From: Macrostomum hystrix | Lineage: Eukaryota; Animalia; Platyhelminthes | NCBI GenBank assembly: GCA_950097015.1 | Contig: CATNEN010000024.1 | Location: forward strand, 4,898,001-4,962,000 | DNA length: 64,000 nucleotides | Reading direction: 5' to 3' | Part shown: piece after piece, positions 49,801 to 61,462 of the stretch | Numbering within the stretch: the stretch's first letter is position 1 | How the letters are laid out: each line of letters opens with the position of its first letter | Made by a program: the position numbers and the translations under genes | The notes under the pieces: model-generated | Database searches by the model: none | What the model saw: only the letters and a program-made list of their open reading frames with translations | Told to the model about the DNA's origin: nothing

Positions 49801-52800
49801 TTTGAGAGAGTGAGTGATAGCGAGAGTGACAGCGAGAGTGAGAGAGAGTGACAGCGAGAGTGAGAGAGAGTGACAGCGAGAGTGAGAGAGAGTGACAGCG
49901 AGAGTGAGAGAGAGTGACAGCGAGAGTGAGAGAGAGTGATAGCGAGAGTGAGAGAGAGAATGACAGCGAGAGTGACAGAGTGACAGCAAGAGTGACAGCG
50001 AGAGTGAGAGAGAGTGATGGCGAGATTAAGAGTGAGAGTGACAGAGCGAGTGACAGCCAGAGTGAGAGCGAAGTGATGCCAAAGACAAATCAGCTTCAAC
50101 CTGCACGCGGAAGCATGGAATTTATTTTCCCGAACTCCTTTAGAAAACGTTAAGGAGCAAAAACTTGTTCCCGACGCTGTTTTCTTAGTTTTGATTTTGG
50201 CTTCAATTTTCGTTTCGATCGCCTTTTCATAGCTGCTTTCAATATTATTAATTTCTACGCACCGAATGCGGGCTTTTTACTTCAAACAAAAAGAAATTCA
50301 AACAGATACAAATTAGAGTTGCAATTTCTAGAATAAGTTTTCCACAAGATGCAGCAGAAACGCAGAAGACACCGGCTGTAGGCCGAATCGAAACTAATGG
50401 GGTGTTTTTCAGTTACGTAGCCAGTGAGGAGGCAATTCTGCCCATTTGACTCCTGAGCACACACGCACACAGATACTGTACGCAGGCACACGCTCACACA
50501 GGTGTGTACATCTGCCCTGACTTTCTCATCGTCAGGCAGCGTACACTCTAACTGTGCCTTGGAGGTTGGCCCTCAAGGGCGAAAATTGCACGACAAGCCC
50601 CCAAGCCTTCTCAGGTGTCAGGTTTCAGCTACTATCCTCCTGATCCTCTGGAGGATTTTGGGGTGCCTCATCCGCCATCCGCCAGTTTTGTGGTGTCTCA
50701 TCCGCCATCCGCCAGTTTTGGGGTGTCTCATCCGCCATCTGCCAGTTTTGGGGTGTCTCATCCGCCATGAACCAGTTTTGGGGTGTCTCATCCGCCATCC
50801 GCCAGTTTTGGGGTGTCTCATCCGTCATGAACCAGTTTTGGGGTGTCTCATCCGCCATGAACCAGTTTTGGGGTGTCTCATCCGCCATCCGCCAGTTTTG
50901 GGGTGTCTCATCCGTCATGAACCAGTTTTGGGGTGTCTCATCCGCCATGAACCAGTTTTGGGGTGTCTCATCCGCCATGAACCAGTTTTGGGGTGTCTCA
51001 TCCGTCATGAACCAGTTTTGGGGTGTCTCATCCGCCATCCGCCAGTTTTGGGGTGTCTCATCCGTCATGAACCAGTTTTGGGGTGTCTCATCCGCCATCC
51101 GCCAGTTTTGGGGTGTCTCATCCGCCATCCGCCAGTTTTGGGGTGTCTCATCCGTCATGAACCAGTTTTGGGGTGTCTCATCCGCCATCCGCCAGTTTTG
51201 GGGTGTCTCATCCGTCATGAACCAGTTTTGGGGTGTCTCATCCGCCATGAACCAGTTTTGGGGTGTCTCATCCGCCATCCGCCAGTTTTGGGGTGTCTCA
51301 TCCGTCATGAACCAGTTTTGGGGTGTCTCATCCGTCATGAACCAGTTTTGGGGTGTCTCATCCGCCATCCGCCAGTTTTGGGGTGTCTCATCCGCCATGA
51401 ACCAGTTTTGGGGTGTCTCATCCGTCATGAAACAGTTTTGGGGTGTCTCATCCGCCATCCGCCAGTTTTGGGGTGTCTCATCCGCCATCCGCCAGTTTTG
51501 GGGTGTCTCATCCGTCATGAACCAGTTTTGGGGTGTCTCATCCGCCATCCGCCAGTTTTGGGGTGTCTCATCCGTCATGAACCAGTTTTGGGGTGTCTCA
51601 TCCGTCATGAACCAGTTTTGGGGTGTCTCATCCGCCATCCGCCAGTTTTGGGGTGTCTCATCCGCCATGAACCAGTTTTGGGGTGTCTCATCCGTCATGA
51701 AACAGTTTTGGGGTGTCTCATCCGCCATCCGCCAGTTTTGGGGTGTCTCATCCGCCATCCGCCAGTTTTGGGGTGTCTCATCCGCCATGAACCAGTTTTG
51801 GGGTGTCTCATCCGTCATGAAACAGTTTTGGGGTGTCTCATCCGCCATCCGCCAGTTTTGGGGTGTCTCATCCGCCATCCGCCAGTTTTGGGGTGTCTCA
51901 TCCGTCATGAACCAGTTTTGGGGTGTCTCATCCGCCATCCGCCAGTTTTGGGGTGTCTCATCCGTCATGAACCAGTTTTGGGGTGTCTCATCCGTCATGA
52001 ACCAGTTTTGGGGTGTCTCATCCGCCATCCGCCAGTTTTGGGGTGTCTCATCCGCCATGAACCAGTTTTGGGGTGTCTCATCCGTCATGAAACAGTTTTG
52101 GGGTGTCTCATCCGCCATCCGCCAGTTTTGGGGTGTCTCATCCGCCATCCGCCAGTTTTGGGGTGTCTCATCCGACATGAACCAGTTTTGGGGTGTCTCA
52201 TCCGCCATCCGCCAGTGGAGACTGGGGTGTCTCAGAACCAATGATCGCAATGATCCAGACGTTTGAATCACAGTGGTTTTTTTCCAGTAATCTTGTTGGT
52301 TTGAATTAAACCAATTAAAGAAATCATTGCAATATTCCCTACAGAGCAACTTTGACGCTTGAAATTTTGACTATCCTAGAAAATCCTATTTGGGATCTAA
52401 GCGTGGGAGGCGTTAGCATCGGGTTAGTAGCCGGACATTAGTCAATAAAAATCAATAACTTAAGATTATTGATTCAGCTGCCCAAGTCTGCAACAAACTA
52501 AGAGCAAGAATTTCGGGCCTTTTTATACCCCACTTTGATTTCATTCCTCTGTAGCGAGTGCAAAAAATCAATGCCTTTGTGTTTTTCAGTCTTTCTGTTC
52601 ATTTACACCAGCCGAGTTTGAAAGCACAAGAAATGGCAGGCACTCATTTCTCAGAGTCTTACATTTGGTCTCAACTGTTCGCAATGTCCAAGCTGACGCT
52701 GTCTAATTGAAGTAGGAAAAAGTTCTGCACTGGTTTAAAGTGCTTCGTCAATTCGAGATTGAAATTGTTTTAAATAATCCAATTTCTGAAGAGCAAGGGA

Positions 52801-55800
52801 AACACTGGGAGAGTTCTTGGTGGGCCAAAATGATGCAATTTATGCTGTGAGTTGAGCTCTAACTCAGTTTGAGCAATTCCGAATTCGCAGAATTTTACAG
52901 CGCTGCAGCTCTTCTGAAATGCTGATGCTTTCCTTTCTTGCTGACTTACACAAGGAAATCGTCCTCCCCGTGCCTCTCCTAGCCTATAGTTCCTTAATCT
53001 CATTGTCTACTTCCCTGTCTCTCTGCCTCACCTCTTTGTCTCTCCGTCTCACCTCTTTGTCTCTCCGTCTCACCTCTTTGTCTCTCCGTCTCACCTCTTT
53101 GTCTCTCCGTCTCACCTTTTTGTCTCTCCGTCTCACCTCTTTGTCTCTCCGTCTCACCTCTTTGTCTCTCCGTCTCACCTCTTTGTCTCTCTGTCTCACC
53201 TCTTTGTCTCTCCGTCTCACCTCTTTGTCTTTCCGTCTCACCTCCTTGTATCTCCGTCTCACCTCTTTGTCTCTCCGTCTCACCTCTTTGTCTCTCCGTC
53301 TTACGTCTTTGTCTCTCTGTCTCGCCCCTTGTCTTTTCATTCAGTTCTCCATTTTAACAGAAACCTCTGTAGAAGTGAGTAACAATAGTTTAAAATGCGT
53401 GCACTGCCTCTCGCTCTCTCTCTCTCCAGTTTTCTTTCGGGCTAGGCCATTGAATTTGAAAGCCGACAGTCCGTTGGTCAGTCAGCGAGGCAAGGCGTGT
53501 CGCAGCGCAATGCCAGGCTGCTTTGCCAGTCCGCTCCTCCGGTTTCACACTCTCCCAAAACGCCAGGATCGCCAGCTGCGGCGCCAGGTTCGCGCAATGA
53601 GACCCGCCTAGTACTCAGCCGGTCCGGGAATTAGCTTGAGCACAGCTCAGAAATGGACACACACTGAGAGAGAGAGAGCAGAGGAGAGCAAGTGTGAAAA
53701 TTCGGGGCCAGTAAAATAATATTCAGCACGCCGGCTGTCAGTCACGCTAGTTTTGCTAGAAAAACTTTTCTCTGCCTAAAAAATAAGACAGCTAGCCTTC
53801 AAGCTCGTTTCAGACATTATTCGCTGCGTGAATTTGCCTGCCACTTTAGACTGAATGATAATAATGTAGATGTGACAAACTCTGATCATGAACAAAGGTC
53901 GCATATGGACGAACAGAATAAGGGAGAATGAGATTAGGGAGAGAAGAGGAGAGACTGGGATAAAGGGGGTGGAGAGACTGGGATAAAGGGTTCGAGAGAC
54001 TGGGATTAAGGGAGTGGAGAGACTGGGATTAAGGGAGTGGAAAGACTGGGATTAAGGGAGTGGAGAGCAGGGAGACAGACAGGGAGATAGACAGGGAGAC
54101 AGGCTAGGAGACAGGCTAGGAGACAGGCAGGGAGACAGACAGGGAGACAGGCAGGGAGACAGACAGGGAGACAGGCTAGGAGACAGGCAGGGAGACAGAC
54201 AGGGAGACAGGCAGGGAGACAGACAGGGAGACAGACAGGGAGACAGGCAGGGAGACAGACAGGGAGACAGGCTAGGAGTCAGGCAGGGAGACAGGCAGGG
54301 AGACAGGCTAGGAGACAGACAGGGAGACAGGCTAGGAGACAGACAGGGAGACAGGCAGGGAGACAGACAGGGAGACAGGCTAGGAGACAGGCAGGGAGAC
54401 AGGCAGGGAGACAGACAGGGAGACAGGCTAGGAGACAGGCAGGGAGACAGACAGGGAGACAGGCAGGGAGACAGGCAGGGAGTCAGACAGGGAGACAGGC
54501 AGGGCTACAGGCTGGCAGACTCGCGAGGAAGTGGTCAGATGAGGCAGCAAGGACGGACACCTGGAAGAGAGTCCGCAACAGCAATCGATCAGTATCGTGA
54601 GAAACAGGAAGGCCATGCAGCCCCAGCTAGCAGAAGTCAGGAGGGCCGGAGGAGTAAATTGAAATCAGCGGATGGCCGCGCCGACTGATGAAGTTTTCCA
54701 TTTTGCATTCTCCGGCGTTGGTTGACGCGCTTGTCCCCGAGGCCATTGACGGGGGTCGCAGATGAAGTGATTATTTTCTTGCTGCACAGTCCGCTGCCGC
54801 CGATTGCCTGTAGCTATGCGCAGCTTACTTTGGTCAGAGAAAATAAACCCTTTCCGGTCTGTTTGTTTGGCTTGACAACCGAAACTAAGTTGGTTGGTGG
54901 CGCTGGGTCGGGGGTCAAAAGTGAGATCCCAAGGGGGGCATCTCCAGCTTCTCTTTTTGCTTGGTGCAAATCTTTTATGGTTCGTACTTTTTATTTACAA
55001 TCATCGGATTATCGCCTAGCCTCGACCGGGATAATAGCGAATGTACTTTTCGAAAGCGACTTTCACGACTTTCAATCTGTCAATACTTCTCCAAGGCTCT
55101 ATCGCACTGGTCCACGAGTCTCACATCGTCTCCAACCTCCTCCATTTCAAACTCTTATCTCGCTTAATCCCAGTCTCTCCTCTCCCTTAATCCCAGTCTC
55201 TCCACTCCCTTAATCCCAGTCTCTCCACTCCCTTGATCCCAGTCTCTCCACTCCCTTGATCCCAGTCTCTCCACTCCATTAATCCCAGTCTCTCCACTCC
55301 CTTAATCCCAGTCTCTCCACTCCCTTAATCCCAGTCTCTCCACTCCCTTAATCCCAGTCTCTCCACTTCCTTAATCCCAGTATCTCCACTCCCTTAATCC
55401 CAGTCTCTCCACTCCCTTAATCCCAGTCTCTCCACTTCCTTAATCCCAGTATCTCCACTCCCTTAATCCCAGTCTCTCCACTCCCTTGATCCCAGGCTCT
55501 CCACTCCCTTGATCCCAGTCTCTCCACTCCCTTGATCCCAGTCTCTCCACTCCCTTAATCCCAGTCTCTCCACTCCCTTAATCCCAGTCTCTCCACTCCC
55601 TTAATCCCAGTCTCTCCACTCCCTTAATCCCAGTCTCTCCACTTCCTTAATCCCAGTATCTCCACTCCCTTAATCCCAGTCTCTCCACTCCCTTGATCTC
55701 AGTCTCTCCACTCCCTTAATCCCAGTCTCTCCACTCCCTTGATCCCAGTCTCTCCACTCCATTAATCCCAGTCTCTCCACTCCATTAATCCCAGTCTCTC

Positions 55801-57563
55801 CACTCCCTTAATACCAGTCTCTCCACTCCCTTAATCCCAGTCTCTCCACTCCCTTAATCCCAGTCTCTCCACTCCCTTAATCCCAGTCTCTCCACTCCCT
55901 TAATCCCAGTCTCTCCACTCCATTAATCCCAGTCTCTCCACTCCCTTAATCCCAGTCTCTCCACTCCCTTAATCCCAGTCTCTCCACTCCCTTAATCCCA
56001 GTCTCTCCACTTCCTTAATCCCAGTATCTCCACTCCCTTAATCCCAGTCTCTCCACTCCCTTGATCTCAGTCTCTCCACTCCCTTAATCCCAGTCTCTCC
56101 ACTCCCTTGATCCCAGTCTCTCCACTCCATTAATCCCAGTCTCTCCACTCCATTAATCCCAGTCTCTCCACTCCCTTAATACCAGTCTCTCCACTCCCTT
56201 AATCCCAGTCTCTCCACTCCCTTAATCCCAGTCCCTCCACTTCCTTAATCCCAGTCTCTCCACTCCCTTAATCCCAGTCTCTCCACTCTCTTGATCCCAG
56301 TCTCTCCACTCCCTTAATCCCAGTCTCTCCACTTCCTTAATCCCATTATCTCCACTCCCTTAATCCCAGTCTCTCCACTCCATTAATCCCAGTCTCTCCA
56401 CTCCCTTAATCCCAGTCTCTCCACTCCCTTAATCCCAGTCTCTCCACTCCATTAATCCTAGTCTCTCCACTCCCTTGATCCCAGTCTCTCCACTCCCTTA
56501 ATCCCAGTCTCTCCACTCCATTAATCCCAGTCTCTCCACTCCCTTAATCCCAGTCTCTCCACTCCCTTAATCCCAGTCTCTCCACTCCCTTAATCCCAGT
56601 CTCTCCACTTCCTTAATCCCAGTATCTCCACTCCCTTAATCCCAGTCTCTCCACTCCCTTGATCCCAGGCTCTCCACTCCCTTGATCCCAGTCTCTCCAC
56701 TCCCTTAATCCCAGTCTCTCCACTTCCTTGATCCCAGTCTCTCCACTTCCTTAATCCCAGTCTCTCCACTTCCTTGATCCCAGTCTCTCCACTCCCTTGA
56801 TCCCAGTATCTCCACTCCCTTGATCCCAGTCTCTCCACTTCCTTAATCCCAGTCTCTCCACTTCCTTAATCCCAGTCTCGCCACCTCCTTAATCCCAGTC
56901 TCTCCACTCCCTTGATCCCAGTCTCTCCTGTCCGTGCCTGTCTCCCTGCCTGTCCTTCAACCACAGTCTCTCTTTCTGGTCCGTTCAAGTCACTCCAGTT
57001 CAGTATATTCTCTCTAATATTATCTATTATCTCTATTCGCTGAATTTCGAAATAGGTTAAACATTTCATAAATTCAGTAGTAACCATCATGTTATTGTCA
57101 ATCACCCTGATCGAAATCTACTAGTTGAATCTCCTATTTGAATTACTGACCTTATTTTCACTGTCCAACCTGTCATTCACAGTTCACTTTGTTTCCGGTT
57201 CAATCTTTTCAATCTCAATGGCTAGTGTATACCTTGGCTTTCGTTGATGACTTTTGTACGCTATTGAAGTATTTTTAATTATCTGGCCTTCGCTCAGCCA
57301 CTTCTTGTGCCATGAAGGACTGTTCACAATAGAAATAAAAAAATGTGCTTTGTCGCATGGCACTGCAGCAGGAAAGTAGAGGACATGCGAAGCTGAAAAC
57401 AACTGCTGCTGCTACACAGGCATCCCTCCACCTCCATCCATCCATCCCTCCATCCCTCGACTAAGGTCGACACGGCCGACCGTTCAATTTCATTCCAGTC
57501 TCCTATCCATCGCCAGCAAAAGCGTCGCCAATATAGCAGTGACTTTCTGACTGCCTCTTAGCC

Positions 57564-57600
<37 letters not shown>

Positions 57601-59042
57601 TTGTTTCTCGCAGACCGCTGATGCGTGGCGTATGGCGGGGGCGGTGGCGTCAACAGCAGAGAAAAAAGCAGCAGCAGCAGCCGTTGCTGAGGTCGAGCTC
57701 TTATAGTTGGAGGGTAAGGATGCTGCTGCTGCTGCTGCTGCAGCTTCCTTGGCAGTCAATCAGGCTTGAACATCTGCGACAGAAGCGCCCGCCTTTCGCC
57801 AAGCAGTGCTCTGACGCATCAGCAAATACCTCCTCTTGTCCTTCCCGCCCACATTCCGGTGCTATTTTTTTCCGCGTTGAACATTTTCCTGCTTCTAGGC
57901 GACTCGAGGCTCCAGGCTCGCTGAGAGAGGCGAGAAAATCTGAGCGCCATCGCAGTCACGTTTACAGCCGACGCAACTAATGCACCTTGGGCTATTGGAG
58001 AGATTTCTTAAGCCCTCGTCCTGGTCCGCGGGTTGTTTTCTGGCCTCTCATTTTATCTGTTCGGTTCGGTCTGAAAAAGCTCGGCCTATAAGAATTGCAC
58101 TAATTGGTTGACAGTTTAAATCGGCACGGACCCCACCATCAGTTGATCTTGAACAAGCAGATTTTTTTGTTCGAAGAAAGGGCGAGGCGGCGAGGCGGGA
58201 AGAAACGCTAGCGTTGCTCTCTTCAGTTTTCGAAGCCCTGTCATTCGCGATGATGCCCCGCTGATTATCGGCTCGGTCTGACTGTTTCTTAGAAAGAAAC
58301 TAATCCGCCGTCTGCAGTCTCCAATCCGCAGTCTAAAGCGACCTTCGTCTGTCTTCGGCGTCAAACAAAACCCGAGGGGGTTAGAGGGAGACGGGTAGAG
58401 AGCCTGGGACAGGTGCCTCTGGCATTTGCCTATCCCCATGCATAATCTCCCACACCTAGGCTGCCGAATCCCACAGGGGATAGAACTTGGGGATCGCCCC
58501 CGCTGGGGAGTAAGATTTCCGGGGCGCGAATTCGAGGCGCTAATCGGCGGCCTTGACCCGGCTAATGCTCCTGTAATTATGATTACTATTGCTATTAATT
58601 ATTGAGGATCATCGTTTTAAAGGTCGCGAAAATTTTAAAACTCGAACCCTCCCCACATACACTCTCACACACTCACAGTGTCTATGGCCGGGCATCACGA
58701 AAGGCGCCTGCTGTACTATCTGTTCGACCCGGCCAATCGCACCAATCCGCTGGAGGTGCACAATCCGATGGAGCGCCCGGTAAAAAATGAGTCCAATGTG
58801 CTCTACGTCTGGTTCAAAGTGTCACTGCAGCAGATCATCGACCTGGTGAGAGGCCTGGCTGTGGCGTTCAATGTCACAGGCTTTGTCTTGACTCTATTAT
58901 AGTAACATTTATATCGATGGAAAACACAGAGAGACAGACAAACAGACTGATTGACAGACAGACAGACAGACAGACAGACACAGACAGACAGACAGGCAGA
59001 CAGACAGACAGAGACACACAGATGAGAGACAGACAGTTAGAT

Positions 59043-59136
<94 letters not shown>

Positions 59137-59137
59137 T

Positions 59138-59216
<79 letters not shown>

Positions 59217-59217
59217 T

Positions 59218-59292
<75 letters not shown>

Positions 59293-59320
59293 TGACAGAC
59301 AGACAGACAGACAGACAGAA

Positions 59321-59399
<79 letters not shown>

Positions 59400-59460
59400 G
59401 AGACACACAGACACTATGACAGACAGACAGACTGACAGACAGACAGAGAGACAGACAGAC

Positions 59461-59537
<77 letters not shown>

Positions 59538-61423
59538 TGCAAGCAACAGCCTTACCTCCGTTTGTATGACGAGCCAGCAGTCTAAAATGAAGCTCACATG
59601 TTTACAGCCCTTTACAGGCTTTGCTTTGGAAACATTTCCTTCTAAAAAATGCAATTTTCTTCACCGAGAACCACAGCAAAGTTGGAACTATCGCTAGGGT
59701 GCCAAGATGGCCGCTGCTTATTGCATTTCCGCCACATGACGGCGGTTTCAAAGTCCAGCTGAACAGTTTGGACGATTTTCAACCGATCCGTCATCAATAT
59801 TGTCTGCTGCACAGCAAACACCAATATCCATGGCTTCTGCCGGGTCTGCTCCATCCATCCCCACACTTTTCCCCTCACTAATTGCACCGGCTAGAGTCTG
59901 GATACACACTCCAGTGTCATCTAGATACACACTCCAGAATCATCTAGATACACACTCCAGTATCATCTAGATACACACTCCAGTGTCATCTAGATACACA
60001 CTCCAGTGTCATCTAGATACACACTCCAGTGTCATCTAGATACACACTCCAGTGTCATCTAGATACACACTCCAGTATCATCTAGATACACACTCCAGTA
60101 TCATCTAGATACACACTCCAGTATCATCTAGATACACACTCCAGTATCATCTAGATACACACTCCAGTGTCATCTAGATACACACTCCAGTGTCATCTAG
60201 ATACACACTCCACTAAAACTTGAACCTGCAGGATGAAAAGAAGCAAATTTTGATAACAAACTTCTGGCTGGATCAAGTGAGACAAACTCGGATTGTCAGC
60301 TCTGAACACTGCCTGGAAATATGACCCGGATGTAGATCCCATTCAGTTATCCTATTGTGCTTGCTAGCGATAAAATGGTCTCTATCACTGTGCGTACTTG
60401 ATAAACAAAACTTGCCATATTCACTTTCATTTCTGTTATTTCTTGTTGTGCACAAATTTCGTAACCCAGTTCAACTGAATTCTCAGACTAAGAATTTTAG
60501 GCTACGTAATTTGTGTAACGTTGCTGCTCTGAAAGGTAGGCATTGATAAACACACTGATAGGCATTGATAAACACACAGGTAAGCATTGATAAACACACT
60601 GATAGACATGAATAAACATACTGATAGGCATTCATAAACACACTGGTGGGCATTGATAAACTCACTGATAGGCATTGATAAACACACTGATAGGCATTGA
60701 TAAGCACGCTGGTATACATGTAAAAACACACAGATAAACATGAATAAACACGCAGATAGACATGAATAAACACACAGATAAACATGAATAAACACGCAGA
60801 TAGACATGATAAACATACTGATAGACATTGATAAACACAATGGTGGGCATGAATAAAGACACTTATAGACATTGATATACACACTGATAGGCATTGATAA
60901 ACACTGCACTGATAAGCATTGATAAACACACAGTGACATGAATAAACACACATGTAGACGTGAATAAACACACTGATAGGCATTGATAAACAGACTAACA
61001 GACTAGAACTCAGAGGTATTTAGAAATACGGATGATCTAATCATTTCGGTCACTTATAAGTGTTTTGATTCACCAAAAAGTATTCTGAAAAATCCAATCT
61101 AACGCACAGCAGCCTATGAATATACTCCGACTATACTACTATTATCCTGTCTATCCTATTTTATTTCTATTCCAACGCAGGACGAGAAAAATCAGATTCT
61201 GTTCTCAAATATCTGGCTGGATTTGGTAAGCCTTTGCCAGCCATGAGTTATAGGCTGTCTAGCTTATATTTAAATAATAAATCAACAAATCTAAGCCTAC
61301 TGGTTTTTGCTTTATGAGAATGCTATCGACTTTTTTGAAGAGCGCTTTTTTATATTTATTTTTCAAAGTACATCATGGCTACTTACAGTAGCATGTATTT
61401 GCATTCTTTAAGCATGCCGAAAC

Positions 61424-61462
<39 letters not shown>

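Noticed and set aside
50502-52349. Three 500-580-aa ORFs ([30 protein letters not shown] repeats)
   Set aside because: A 30-nt unit without stops is open in several frames on both strands. It lies inside nAChR intron 1, with no unique domain and no synonymous-change bias.
57565-57860. Poly-Leu/poly-Gln segment as an alternative nAChR signal exon
   Set aside because: The poly-Leu frame at 57565 hits a stop, and the MLLLLLLQ frame has only a weak, distant phase-1 donor. The 55-nt exon at 46884 fits much better.
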